A stretch of 64,000 bases of DNA from an uncultured Acidobacteriota bacterium (lineage in GTDB: Bacteria; Acidobacteriota; UBA6911): positions 780,865-844,864 of the forward strand of contig CAVZBT010000012.1 in assembly GCA_963773605.1 (NCBI GenBank). The letters are read 5' to 3'. Below the pieces are notes generated by a model. The model saw only the letters and a program-made list of their open reading frames with translations. It did not search any database and was not told where the DNA came from. Positions 10,256-20,204 of this stretch are shown one piece after another; position 1 is the first letter of the stretch, and each line of letters opens with the position of its first letter. Both the position numbers and the translations under genes were made by a program.

Positions 10256-10349
10256 CGCCCGTAGCTGATCCTCTGGCCTTCGAGCCTTCGAGTTCAGCTT
10301 TCACAAGCCACCTCGGAGACTCGAAGGCGCGCAGGCTGACGATCCGGGG

Positions 10350-11030
10350 TCAGAATTCCCTGATCGCTATGTTGCGGAAGCGGTGGAAGCCGCCCGGGGC
10401 CCACCGGGGAGTGCGGCTGTTGGAAAAGTGCATCTGGAGGGCGATCATGCCCTCGACCGCACCCCCGACGGCATGGTTGGCGCTATCGGTCCAGTCGACC
10501 AGCTTCATTTCGTTGATCCACACCTGAATGTGCGGGACATCCCCCTCGATGCGGGCGCGCAGCGCATTCCACTCCCCCTTGCGCCATGACTTCTCCCATC
10601 CGTCGCCCGACAGGTCTCCGGCGCCGGCTTGAGACAAATCGGTCAGCCCTTCTCCATAGATGCCGCCGACCCTCCCCTGGTCGAGATAATCGATCATCAC
10701 CTGGTAGGCTTCTCCCTTTTCGTTGGAACGGAGGAAAAGCCCGCCGTCGCAGCCCCAGTCCGGTTTGATTTCGAGGGATATCTCGAAATTCCTGTACTTC
10801 CGGTCGGTGAGCAGGATCCCGCCATTCCCGGTCTTGTCCTGGGTCGCGAGGATGACCCCGTTTTCCACGGTCCAGCCGCGGCTGTTGCCATGGTGATTCA
10901 CCTCGCTGATGTGCCAGCCTTTCAGATCGACCCCGTTGAAAAGGGGGACAAAACCGGGTGGAATCTGAGGAATAGCCGGCATCGTGAGGGCGAACAGCAG
11001 CCACGTCACTGGTGCGGTGAAGTTCGTCAT
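10350..11030 (-). CDS. DUF1080 family protein (3-keto-disaccharide hydrolase-like, LamG/jelly-roll fold), secreted
   Basis: FNGVDLKGWHISE ... GILLTDRKYRNFEISLEIK ... IALQMHF are classic DUF1080 motifs. Start moved to the internal Met (MTNFTAPVTWLLFALTMPAIP signal peptide) with GGAGGA RBS. Confidence 0.8.
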   Translation of the reverse strand: MTNFTAPVTWLLFALTMPAIPQIPPGFVPLFNGVDLKGWHISEVNHHGNSRGWTVENGVILATQDKTGNGGILLTDRKYRNFEISLEIKPDWGCDGGLFLRSNEKGEAYQVMIDYLDQGRVGGIYGEGLTDLSQAGAGDLSGDGWEKSWRKGEWNALRARIEGDVPHIQVWINEMKLVDWTDSANHAVGGAVEGMIALQMHFSNSRTPRWAPGGFHRFRNIAIREF

Positions 11031-11124
11031 GGTTTCCTCCAGGTAAGCGCCGGATCCGACCGACTCCAACAGGCTCCCGAACCCAGACGGCGTCTTTCTG
11101 TGCTTTCTTTTCGATGGAGACCTT

Positions 11125-11130
11125 TATAAT
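11125..11130 (+). promoter_or_regulatory. candidate -10 hexamer (TATAAT) about 55 nt upstream of the AlkD-like gene
   Basis: Perfect TATAAT in an otherwise GC-rich intergenic region. No convincing -35 element, so this is weak. Confidence 0.2.
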
Positions 11131-11184
11131 CGAGACTATACATAGCGCGGAAAGGCGGGATGGTCCAATCAATCCGGAGCGACT

Positions 11185-11979
11185 ATGCACAGGTCTGCCA
11201 GCACCGGCGACACAGAGAATGCAGTCCCTTCACCTGAGGCCATGGCCGCCGAGATTTCGGCCGGGTTGCGACAGATGGGGGACCCGGCGCGCGCACGAGG
11301 CGCGCAGCAATACTTCAAGAACGAGATTATAGCCCTCGGGGTCACAACCCCCGCGCTCCGGGATTTCATGAAGCAGCGCGTCCGGGGTATCCGCAACGCA
11401 TGGAGTCTGCGCGATGCCATCCGGCTGTGCGACCGTCTGCTTCGGGAGCCGGAGATGGAGATTCGCGGCGCCGGCATCCTCGGCCTCGCGGCGTTCCGGG
11501 GAAAGCTGGCCCCCGAACTGCTGCCCCACGCCGACGGCTGGCTCGGCCGCCGGCTCGACAACTGGGCGTTGGTCGATCTCTTTTGCGGCTCCGTGCTCGA
11601 CCCGCTCCTGGAAGGTTACCCGGAAACAGAAGTGGCTCTCGCCGGCTGGTCTGCCGCCGAGTCCCTCTGGAGAAGGCGGGCTTCCCTGGTTACCCTCGTC
11701 CCTTCCGCCAGGCGGGGGCGGCGCCTCGACCTGGCGTACCGCCTTGCGCGCGAGCATTTCGGGGACGGTGAAGATCTGATGCACAAAGCGACGGGCTGGC
11801 TGCTGCGGGAAGCCGGCAAGACCGACGTCCCCCGGCTCAAGCGCTTCCTGCTCGAACACGGCCCCGCCATCCCGCGCACGGCGTTGCGTTATGCGATTGA
11901 ACGCTACGATGCGGCCGAACGCGCCGCACTGCTTGCCGCCACCCGCGGGCGCACGACCCCGACGGGCCGGAGAGAGTGA
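11185..11979 (+). CDS. DNA alkylation repair protein (AlkD/AlkC-like HEAT-repeat glycosylase family)
   Basis: All-helical layout with ARAQQYFKNEI...GVTTPALRDF...WALVDLFC...HKATGWLLRE, characteristic of the DNA_alkylation family. Confidence 0.7.
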   Translation: MHRSASTGDTENAVPSPEAMAAEISAGLRQMGDPARARGAQQYFKNEIIALGVTTPALRDFMKQRVRGIRNAWSLRDAIRLCDRLLREPEMEIRGAGILGLAAFRGKLAPELLPHADGWLGRRLDNWALVDLFCGSVLDPLLEGYPETEVALAGWSAAESLWRRRASLVTLVPSARRGRRLDLAYRLAREHFGDGEDLMHKATGWLLREAGKTDVPRLKRFLLEHGPAIPRTALRYAIERYDAAERAALLAATRGRTTPTGRRE

Positions 11980-12092
11980 TGCCGGGGCCTGCGCCATGGC
12001 TCACTTGCCGGCTCCGACGCGGTTCCGGCTCGCAACGCTTGTGACGCACGGCGACCCATCCTGCCTGAAACAGCTCCGAAGCCACCCAGACT

Positions 12093-12578
12093 CTACTGCC
12101 CGGGATCGTCGGCGGACGGCCCGTAAATCGACGGCACCTTTCCCCCCATTGGGCGCAGATACGTGCTGAGCTGGCCCCGGTGGTGGATGGCATCGAACAG
12201 GAAGCCCCACACCATCTGGGAAAGCTCGTCCTCCCAGGCTCCGCCGCTGCCCATCAGGAAGCGCACCTTCTTTGCCCACGCCGCCTCGTCCAAGCGCTCG
12301 AGCCGCGCGTTGACCTCGGCCGAGTCCCGCTCGAACGCCGCGACGATCGCGTCCACGCGCCCCGGCGGGGCCGAGTCTTTCCATTCGACGACGCCGGTGT
12401 CGATCAGGCTGAGCAGCGCCGCCTCCTCCACCGCCAGCACCCAGGCCAGTTCGGCCGCACTCCGGGCCTTCGGATCCGGGCGGTAGTCCGATCCTCCTTC
12501 GGGGATGGCCTTGAGCACGCGGATGAACGCGGGCCGCTCGGCCTTTCGACGGTCGATGCAGAATCCCAAGTTGGTCAT
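12093..12578 (-). CDS. DinB-family (DinB_2/YfiT-like) metal-dependent hydrolase
   Basis: C-terminal FDAIHHRGQLSTYLR motif of the DinB/YfiT superfamily. Start placed at the internal Met (MTNLGF...) with AGAGGAGG RBS. Confidence 0.7.
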   Translation of the reverse strand: MTNLGFCIDRRKAERPAFIRVLKAIPEGGSDYRPDPKARSAAELAWVLAVEEAALLSLIDTGVVEWKDSAPPGRVDAIVAAFERDSAEVNARLERLDEAAWAKKVRFLMGSGGAWEDELSQMVWGFLFDAIHHRGQLSTYLRPMGGKVPSIYGPSADDPGQ

Positions 12579-12759
12579 CACGCCTCCTCTCGCTCGTCTC
12601 GAGCCGAGTGAAGGATCATAGGCGCGGGCAAAGCGCAAAGTCAAACCTGCGGGCCGACGCGGCCCTCCCGGGCTGCCTTGACTTTGCGATTAGGCTGAAC
12701 TACGGTTTCAACAGACAGGGTGTCGTTGACTAAGTACCCGCTTCTCCGGGCTCCAACCC

Positions 12760-13911
12760 ATGACTCTTGCCCGTTTTGTCACACGAAACGCGTTCCGCAA
12801 CAAGCGGCGCGGCATATTAACGGTGCTGAGTATCGCGTTTTCGCTCCTGCTGCTGACCCTTATGATGTCGATCTGGCGCGCCTTTTTTCTGGACCAGGGG
12901 ACGGTCGAATCCGCCCAGCGGCTCATCACGCGTCACAAAGTGTCGCTCGTGTTCTATTTGCCGGCGTTCTACCGGGAAAAGATCCGCGTGATGCCGGGGG
13001 TGCGCCACGTGGTGAACGAATCCTGGTTTGGCGGGCAGTACAAGGACGACAGGCCGGAAAACTTCTTCGCCCAGTTCGGCACCGATCCGCAGGAGTTACT
13101 GCAGGTCTACCCCGAGTTGGAGATCCCGCCGGATCAGCTGGCAGCATGGCAGCGGGACAGGGCGGGCTGCATCGTTGACGCCGCGCTGGCAAAAAAACAC
13201 GGCTGGGGCATCGGTCAGCGGCTGTTTCTGAAAGGCACAATCTACCCTGTGGACCTCGAGCTCACGATCCGCGGCATATTCACTTCTCCGCAGCCGAACG
13301 AGGCACTGTACTTCAACAATGTCTATCTCGAGGAGGCGTACCCGGAGGAAAAGGGTCGTGTGGGGTTCTTCGGGGTGCTCGCCGATTCGGCCGAGGCGGT
13401 GCCGCGCGTCGCCGGGGAAATCGACGGTGCCTTCCGCAACTCCCCGCGTGCGACCAAGACGGAGAGCGAGCGGGCGTTCCAGTTGGGGTGGATCGCAATG
13501 CTGGGCAACGTCAAAGCATTTATCCTGAGCATCTGCACGGCCGTGGTTTTTGCCACCCTGCTGGTTTCCGCGAACACCATCGCCATGTCGATCCGGGAAC
13601 GCACCCGCGAGGTGGCCGTGATGAAAACGCTCGGGTTCCGCCGCACCACCGTGCTCGCCCTTTTCGTGGGTGAGGCTGTGGCGCTGGCCGTTGCGGGCGG
13701 GCTCCTGGGCAGTCTCGCGGCTTCGGGCCTTATCCGGCTGATGGCGCAATCGCCGCAGGGGGGCGTGTTCCTTGCCGGCATGAAGGTCACGCCGGCGACT
13801 GTGGCGGTGGCCCTGGTGGTGGCGGCTGTGGTGGGATTCGTCAGCGCTTGCCTGCCCGCGTACGGCGCCGCGCGCAAGAACATCGTCGAAGGGCTGCGGC
13901 ACATAGGCTGA
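12760..13911 (+). CDS. ABC transporter permease, FtsX/MacB-type (4 TM with large periplasmic domain)
   Basis: N-terminal TM helix (ILTVLSIAFSLLLLTLMMS), large extracytoplasmic domain, and C-terminal FtsX module (VAVMKTLGFRRTTVLALFVGEAVALAVAGGLLG). Confidence 0.85.
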   Translation: MTLARFVTRNAFRNKRRGILTVLSIAFSLLLLTLMMSIWRAFFLDQGTVESAQRLITRHKVSLVFYLPAFYREKIRVMPGVRHVVNESWFGGQYKDDRPENFFAQFGTDPQELLQVYPELEIPPDQLAAWQRDRAGCIVDAALAKKHGWGIGQRLFLKGTIYPVDLELTIRGIFTSPQPNEALYFNNVYLEEAYPEEKGRVGFFGVLADSAEAVPRVAGEIDGAFRNSPRATKTESERAFQLGWIAMLGNVKAFILSICTAVVFATLLVSANTIAMSIRERTREVAVMKTLGFRRTTVLALFVGEAVALAVAGGLLGSLAASGLIRLMAQSPQGGVFLAGMKVTPATVAVALVVAAVVGFVSACLPAYGAARKNIVEGLRHIG

Positions 13912-13924
13912 GCGGAGCAGAGGA

Positions 13925-15087
13925 ATGCCCCTCCCGATTAGCTACAACGCCAAGAATCTGCGTCGGCGCAAGGCTGCGACCGTCATGACCGCGCTGGGCA
14001 TTGCCCTGACCGTCACGACCGCGATCTTCATCATGGCGCTCCTTGCGGGGCTCGACGAGGCGTTCGCGACCAGCGGCGACGCCCGCAACGTGCTCGTGTT
14101 GCGCAAAGGGTCCACCTCCGAACTGGCCGCCGGTGGCGTGCCCCGGGACGCGCTGCAGGTTTTCAAGAACCTGCCCGGCGTTGCACGCGACTCCCAGGGA
14201 GAGGCTTTGGTGTCGGGCGAGGACATTCTGGTCATCGTCCTCCCGAGAAAAGACGGCACGGGCGAAGTGAACGTCACGGTGAGGTTTTTGGCCCCGCTCG
14301 GGATCGGGATGCGCCCGGGCGTGACCCTGGTCGCCGGCCGCTGGTTCACCCCAGGGCAGCGGGAAGTGGTCGTCAGCGACGCGATCCACAAACGATTCGG
14401 GCAAGCGAACGTCGGCGACACCATGCAGATCGGGAGCGGTCAATGGACGGTGGTCGGCATCTTCGATGCCGGCGGGAACGCACACGAGTCCGAGATCTGG
14501 GGCGACATCAACCAGATCACGAACGACCTCGATCGCGCCGTGTTCTCGTCGGTCCTGATCCGGGGCGTCGACGCGGTCGCCGCCGAAGGCCTGAAAAACC
14601 GCGTGGACACGGATCAGCGGCTGAAGCTCAACGGGATGCTGGAGACCGACTACTATGCCTCGCAGACACGCTCCGGGGCCCCCATCAAGTTCGTCGGGAT
14701 CATTGTCGCCGCGATCATGGCCATCGGCTCCTGTTTTGCCGCCATGAACACGATGTTTGCCGCCGTCGGCTATCGCGCGCAAGAGATCGCCACCTTGCGG
14801 ATCCTCGGGTTCTCCCGGCCGAGTATCCTGACGTCGTTCGTGCTGGAATCGCTCTGCTGTCGTTGCTCGGGGCGCTGATCGGTATCGTCCTGATGCTCCC
14901 CTTCAACGGCATGACCACCGGCACCTCGAACGCGGTCACCTTCAGCGAAGTGGTGTTCAGCCTGCGCATGACCCCCGCCGTAATCGGGGTAGCCGTCCTG
15001 TTTGCCGTCGTCATGGGCCTGTTCGGCGGGCTGGCCCCTGCCTGGCACGCCGCCCGTCAGAACATTGTCGCCGCCCTGCGCGGCTGA
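13925..15087 (+). pseudogene. second FtsX-type ABC permease, interrupted by a frameshift near 14840-14860
   Basis: ORF 13925-14878 carries the N-terminal TM, periplasmic domain and start of the FtsX module (IATLRILGFSRPSILTSFVLES) and ends in a junk tail (LCCRCSGR*). The remainder (ALLSLLGALIGIVLMLPF...AARQNIVAALRG) continues in the +1 frame as ORF 14443-15087. Single-nucleotide indel. Confidence 0.7.
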
Positions 15088-15124
15088 GCCCCGAGATTGA
15101 ACCTCTTCCCGGTCGTGACCGAGC

Positions 15125-16489
15125 ATGCCCATTGACGCCAAGCACAAGGAACTCGAGAACCTGCGCATCGACCGGTCCGAGCGCCGCAACGCCGGGGAGC
15201 CGGCGCCCTGGGCACGCCGCTACATCCTCGGCGGCACAGCCGTGGTCGCCCTGCTGAGCGCAGCGGCGCTGGCCTACCGCTGGCTGGCCCCCGATGTCCC
15301 GGAGGTGGAGGTCGTCCGGGCGGCAACGGAAAGCTCCGATGTTCCCGGGACCGTGCTCTCAGCCAGTGGCTACATCGTCGCGCACCACAAGATCAACGTG
15401 AACTCGAAGGTGACCGGCAGGGTAGCCTGGATCGGTGTGGAGAAGGGCGACAAGGTCAAGGAAGGGCAGATCCTGGTCCGCCTGGAGAACGACGAGTTCC
15501 AGGCGCAAGTGCAGCAGGCCTCGGGCGCGGTGGAGAACGCGCGGGCCGCGCTGCAGGAGCTCGAAAACGGATCCCGGCCCGAGGAAATCCAGCAGGCGAG
15601 GCACAACCTCGACCAGGCTCGGGCGACCCTGGCGGACGACCGGATCACGCTGGAGCGCACGAAGGAACTGGTCGCCAAGGGAGTCGCGCCCCGGCAGGCG
15701 CTCGACGACGCCACGGCCAAACAGGAAGCCGATCAGCAGCGCGTCAACTCGTTGCAGCAGGCCTACCAGCTCGCCCGGATCGGACCCCGCCCGGAGGCGA
15801 TCGCGCGCGCCAGGGGCGCGCTGCAGCAGGCGCAGGGCCAGCTGGCCTTCGCCCGATCGCAGCTCGAGGCCACGATTATCCGCGCCCCCGTGTCCGGCAC
15901 GATACTGGAGCGCACCGCCGAGAAAGGCGAACTCGTCACGACCCAGTTCGCCAGCGCCGCCGCAGGAGGGCCGGTCGGGTCGGTCGTGGCCCTGGCCGAC
16001 CTCTCGGATCTGCAGGTGGAGCTCGACATCGCCCAGGACGACTTTTCCAAGCTCGGCCCGAGGCAGAAGGGGGTGGTCACCACCGATGCCTACCCGGACC
16101 GGAAGTACGAGGGGACGATCGCGGAAATCTCCCCGGAGGCGAATCGTCAGAAGGCGACGGTGCAGGTAAAAGTGCAGATCACCAGCCCGGACGAATACCT
16201 GCGCCCCGAAATGAACGCCACCGTCCGGTTCCAGCCCCAGGAGAGCGCAACCCGCGTGGTCAGACCCGCCGGCGTATTCGTCCCGACGCGTGCGGTGCGC
16301 GACCGGTCCGGCCGGAAGATCGTGTTTGTGGCCTTCCACGGCAAGGCGGCGGCGCGCGAGGTGCGCATCAACGCCACCCGGAGCGAAGGTTACCTCGTGG
16401 AAGGGCTCACCGGGGGAGAGGATGTCATCACGGCCGGGCCTGCGGACTTGCAGGACGGGGACAAGATCAGGATCAGGGGGCAATCATGA
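15125..16489 (+). CDS. HlyD/MacA-type periplasmic adaptor subunit (membrane fusion protein)
   Basis: N-terminal TM anchor, biotinyl/lipoyl-like hairpin ([13 protein letters not shown]), long coiled-coil ([22 protein letters not shown]...), then beta-barrel and MP domains. Its stop overlaps the start of the ATPase gene (ATGA). Confidence 0.85.
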   Translation: MPIDAKHKELENLRIDRSERRNAGEPAPWARRYILGGTAVVALLSAAALAYRWLAPDVPEVEVVRAATESSDVPGTVLSASGYIVAHHKINVNSKVTGRVAWIGVEKGDKVKEGQILVRLENDEFQAQVQQASGAVENARAALQELENGSRPEEIQQARHNLDQARATLADDRITLERTKELVAKGVAPRQALDDATAKQEADQQRVNSLQQAYQLARIGPRPEAIARARGALQQAQGQLAFARSQLEATIIRAPVSGTILERTAEKGELVTTQFASAAAGGPVGSVVALADLSDLQVELDIAQDDFSKLGPRQKGVVTTDAYPDRKYEGTIAEISPEANRQKATVQVKVQITSPDEYLRPEMNATVRFQPQESATRVVRPAGVFVPTRAVRDRSGRKIVFVAFHGKAAAREVRINATRSEGYLVEGLTGGEDVITAGPADLQDGDKIRIRGQS

Positions 16490-17194
16490 GCTCGGCGGCT
16501 GCCAACGTGGCGACGGACGCGATGGTCGTCCAGGCGCGAAACGTCAGCAAGGTCTTCAAGCGTGACGCCTTCGAGGTCATGGCCCTGGATCACGTCTCCA
16601 TCGAGATCGGCAGTGGGGAGTTCCTGGCCCTGATGGGGCCCTCGGGCTCGGGCAAGACGACGCTGCTGAACATGATCGCCGCGATCGATCCGCCCACCTC
16701 GGGGGAGCTGCTCGTCATGGGGGACAACATCTTCCGCTACAGCGACCGCCAGGCGGCGCGCTGGCGCAACGAGCACATCGGATACGTCTTCCAGACTTTC
16801 AACCTCGATCCCGGTGCTCACGGCCGCCGAAAACGTCGAGTTTCCGCTCCTCCTGACCAAGCTCCCGTCAAGGAAACGGCGCGAGCACGTCATGACGGCG
16901 CTGAAACTCGTAGGCCTGGAGGATCGCGCCCACCACCTGCCCAAACAGCTGTCCGGCGGGCAGGAACAGCGCGTCGCCATCGCCCGCGCCATCGTCTGCG
17001 ACCCCACCCTGGTCCTGGCCGACGAGCCTACGGGAGATCTCGACAGCCGCTCGGCCACCGAGGTGCTGGAGATCCTCTCGCTGCTGAATCAGCAGTTTCA
17101 CAAGACCGTCGTCATGGTAACCCACGACCCGCACGCCGCCTCCTACGCACACACCACCCGACACCTCGAAAAAGGCATGCTGCTGCCGGCATGA
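16486..17194 (+). pseudogene. ABC transporter ATP-binding protein (MacB/LolD-type), interrupted by a +1 frameshift near 16808-16812
   Basis: Walker A (GPSGSGKTT) and Q-loop in ORF 16486-~16810. ABC signature ([14 protein letters not shown]), Walker B ([12 protein letters not shown]) and H-loop (VTHDP) continue in ORF 16814-17194 in another frame. The expected sequence [18 protein letters not shown] is restored by removing one g from ctc-g-atc-ccg. Confidence 0.75.
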
Positions 17195-17332
17195 AAAAGT
17201 GGGGACGGCCGGCCGAAGCTGCGGCGATCCTCCTCAACGTTCTCCCAAAAACATTAACTGAGGAAAATTGTGCCGAGGTTAGACGATCTGCAGTATAAAA
17301 GAACTATTCCGGAATCGGTCTTTGGAGGATGT

Positions 17333-17599
17333 ATGGCCACGGAACTGGAAAACGGAAAAGAGTGGGTGTATCGCACCGCAGAAACCGTCGCGCGAGAACT
17401 CGGTATGGACGGAAGCGTCGAGTGGATTGCAGGCAACCGCGGTAAGCTCTCGCTCGTGCTCAAGGCTGGGGAGTCCGCTACCGAGGTCATGGCGTTCGAC
17501 GAACAGCAGCTCAAGCGGTCGACTTACGATTTCGCGATACAGCACAGCCTGCGCGCCGAAATACGATCCGCAGTGATGGACGTCCACCTGCGCGGCTGA
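17333..17599 (+). CDS. hypothetical small protein (88 aa)
   Basis: ATG with GGAGGA RBS 4 nt upstream, directly downstream of the ABC operon. No recognisable domain. Confidence 0.35.
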   Translation: MATELENGKEWVYRTAETVARELGMDGSVEWIAGNRGKLSLVLKAGESATEVMAFDEQQLKRSTYDFAIQHSLRAEIRSAVMDVHLRG

Positions 17600-17813
17600 G
17601 CCCGCCGTGGGGTGTTCGTGGGCTCGCCGCAGGGCAAGCGATGTTGTCAATCCAGCGCTCTCTTTGCGCTGCACTCTGCCGGAACGGGATCGTTTACCCT
17701 CGCTCTGAAGATATCGCCCGCATGCGAAAACCCCGCGCACGATTGATGTCGCGTCCGCAGAACAAACACCGCAGCGCGCCTCTGATGTTCGCCTGAATGT
17801 CGCCCACTCGAAT

Positions 17814-18320
17814 TCAGTTCTTGATCGGGTCGTCTGCCGTGGGGACGTCCTGTCCTGCGCCGCAACACGGGCCGGTCTGGAGCCCCCCGCCCCCACCCTG
17901 GAGCCGCAGGCCGAGCGCCGGGACACCGGTAAGCGCGTGCTGTGACGTCAACAAGCGCAATCTCGCTCGCGTAAGACTGCGGTCGAGTTGATCGGAAACC
18001 CACGGATTGGAGTTGGCCGGGGCGCTCCGGTTCCGCCCGGACCTGTCGATTGCGCGGCCGATGAAATAGCCCCCGACGGCCCCGCCAGCGGCGGCAATCA
18101 GGGCGGTAGTCCACACCTTTCTCGTGGCGTAGCGCGCGTCGTCGAACGCTACGAGGCCGCCGAAGACGCCGAGGGTGAACGCGCCACCCGCCCCTGCGGT
18201 CGACAGTATCACGCGATACTTGTGGGATTCGGGCGGCGGTGGCGCCGTTTGCGAAAAAACCGGCCCACGCGCCATCAGGACAAGCAGCAGCCCACCACAG
18301 ACAGGTATTCGAGTTTTCAT
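17814..18320 (-). CDS. secreted glycine-zipper (Gly-zipper 2TM-like) protein
   Basis: Start at the internal Met MKTRIPVCGGLLLVLMARGPVFSQ (signal peptide, GGAGGA RBS). Contains GAGGAFTLGVFGGLVAF and ALIAAAGGAVGGYFIGRAIDRSG glycine-zipper segments. Confidence 0.5.
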   Translation of the reverse strand: MKTRIPVCGGLLLVLMARGPVFSQTAPPPPESHKYRVILSTAGAGGAFTLGVFGGLVAFDDARYATRKVWTTALIAAAGGAVGGYFIGRAIDRSGRNRSAPANSNPWVSDQLDRSLTRARLRLLTSQHALTGVPALGLRLQGGGGGLQTGPCCGAGQDVPTADDPIKN

Positions 18321-18459
18321 ATTTTCCTCCGCAACGCCTCCCTGCAAGGGGCGTTCCGGAGCCAAGGGCCTGATTTGCGGGGTGTTTCGGGCCTCTTAAG
18401 AAGTGCAGAGGCCAAGAACCGCGTCGAGTGGTGCCAAATCATGCAGGGTCTGGAGTGCG

Positions 18460-18592
18460 GCGGCTCGACGCCGCTTTCGGGGCGGCGCCTGGGCGCCGCC
18501 CCTTCGCAGCTGCCTGCCGGCCCGGCAAAACCGAGACAGCGGTGCCGAGGCCCCACTCCGCAGGCTCTTTTCGAGTGCGGCGCCGCCGGAAA
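18460..18592. repeat. single copy of the palindromic intergenic repeat family
   Basis: tggagtgcggcggctcgacgccgctttcggggcggcgcctgggcgccgcccctt...cagcggtgccgaggccccactcc...cgagtgcggcgccgcc. Confidence 0.6.
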
Positions 18593-18599
18593 GCGTCAG

Positions 18600-18974
18600 C
18601 TACTGCTTCGTGATTTTGAAGTCTCCTTTGCGATTGTCGTGACTCCAACTTCCGCTCATCGTGCTCTGTTCGACCTTGCCGTCAATCACGTAGTGGATCG
18701 GAGCGCCCCTGCGGTTCTTGGCGTCGGCCTCGAAGTGAACCGCCCCGGTTTTCGGGTTGAAGGTGGCGTTTTTGAGCTCGACCGCATTCGCGCCGGGGTT
18801 GACAGTTCCTGTCAGGTTCTTGCCGTCCCATTTGAGCTCGACGGTGACCTGGTTGCGGTCATCCGCGCTGGGCCCCCAGTCACCGGTCCAGGTGCCGCTC
18901 AGCGGGTCCGCGGCGAAGACGGATATCGTAAGAAGCAGACAAACTGCCAGGCAGAAGCAATATACGGTTTTCAC
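18600..18974 (-). CDS. small secreted protein (lipocalin-like beta-rich fold?), 124 aa
   Basis: GTG start with AGGAGG 6 nt upstream (VKTVYCFCLAVCLLLTISVFA signal peptide). The ORF-track start 19013 is too far upstream. Confidence 0.5.
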   Translation of the reverse strand: MKTVYCFCLAVCLLLTISVFAADPLSGTWTGDWGPSADDRNQVTVELKWDGKNLTGTVNPGANAVELKNATFNPKTGAVHFEADAKNRRGAPIHYVIDGKVEQSTMSGSWSHDNRKGDFKITKQ

Positions 18975-19007
18975 TTGTTTCCTCCTTCGTTGAGAATTCC
19001 AACAGAC

Positions 19008-19023
19008 GATCATGCGTTTAAAC
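19008..19023. promoter_or_regulatory. 16-bp perfect palindrome ATGCGTTTAAACGCAT in the divergent promoter region (candidate operator)
   Basis: Perfect dyad, AT-rich centre (TTTAAA) in a 66% GC genome. It lies 34 bp upstream of the GTG start of the 18600-18974 gene and about 245 bp upstream of the 19269 gene. Confidence 0.3.
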
Positions 19024-19268
19024 GCATCGTAAGGCGTAGCCCGAACAAACCGCTCTGGATATGATACCTGAACCCGGGCTCGAGCGGCGTGTCAACATTC
19101 CCGAACAGGAACCCCTGTTTTGTTGTATAAACTTAGTCCCACGGCGGGATTACTGATCGGGTGGCCAGGCATCCCGGGCCATCCGTCCGGATACACGAGG
19201 ATTTATCGAACACCGTCGCTCCGTCTCAGCACCCAACGGTTTGGATCGGAATTGAAAGGAGATGCGGC

Positions 19269-19592
19269 ATGAAACGCCTGATCGGATTGTGCCTGGTTCT
19301 GGCTCTCGTCGTTACGCTCGCAGCGCCGGCCTTTGCCCAAGGGGACGCGAAGAGAATCCGTTACAGCGGCACCATAATACTGGTGAGCCACGACAAGTCC
19401 ACGTTCACCATCCAGAAGGACAATCTCAAGATCCCGATGTCCTTCGACGCCCAGACGGTGTTCACGACCCGCAACAAGCCGGGTGCTTCGGCGCAGGACC
19501 TGAAGGAAGGCCGAAGGGTCATCTGTCTCGTCGACGCGGCCCAGAAGGACAACCTGGTCGCGCGCCGGGTGGATTTCAGGACGGACAAGTAG
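19269..19592 (+). CDS. small secreted protein, 107 aa
   Basis: MKRLIGLCLVLALVVTLAAPAFAQ signal peptide. AAAGGAGA RBS 8 nt upstream of ATG 19269. Confidence 0.55.
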   Translation: MKRLIGLCLVLALVVTLAAPAFAQGDAKRIRYSGTIILVSHDKSTFTIQKDNLKIPMSFDAQTVFTTRNKPGASAQDLKEGRRVICLVDAAQKDNLVARRVDFRTDK

Positions 19593-19750
19593 CTCAGAGC
19601 TTCAACGCCGAGGACGCGGAGGGTCGCAGAGGCCGTCCTGTAAATTGAAGAGGGCCTGCTCGTTTCCCCTGCGGATCTTTGCGACTCCCCGCCCGGCAGT
19701 CGCGACCGGGACCAAGGCATGTTTGGCATGTGCGCCCCCGCACGAAGGGT

Positions 19751-20164
19751 TTAACGGGTTACCACGGCGTCCGCTTCGACTTCCAGCACGGCGGCAGGGT
19801 CCGCCAGGGCTGCGATCTGGACCATCGTTGCGGCGGGCCTGACGTCTCCGAGCAATTCGGCGTGCACCCGCCCGATCTCCTGCCACACGCCGATGTCCGT
19901 CACAAACATCCGGGTACGGATGATGTCGGTCCGCTTTCCCCCGAGTGCTTCCACGGCCGCGATAATAATTCCCAAGGCCTGGCGCATTTGCTCTTCGGCC
20001 GTCGGCGGACACGTCCCGTCCGGCCTGAGCCCGATTGTCCCGGTCACCGCAATCCAGTCGCCGGCCCGGACGGCCCGGCTATATCCGATCACGGGTTCCC
20101 AGCGTGTCGCCGTGGAAACCACCTGGCGCCCCGCAACGCTACTGACCTTCATGACCCTGTCCAT
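19751..20164 (-). CDS. RidA/YjgF family reactive-intermediate deaminase
   Basis: 137 aa, chorismate-mutase-like fold motifs (IGYSRAVRAGDWIAVTGTIG...TRMFVTDI...AALADPAAVLEVEADAV). Confidence 0.85.
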   Translation of the reverse strand: MDRVMKVSSVAGRQVVSTATRWEPVIGYSRAVRAGDWIAVTGTIGLRPDGTCPPTAEEQMRQALGIIIAAVEALGGKRTDIIRTRMFVTDIGVWQEIGRVHAELLGDVRPAATMVQIAALADPAAVLEVEADAVVTR

Positions 20165-20204
20165 TGGCTCCTCCGCCGCGGCCGCACGCCCCAGGCAGCA
20201 AATC

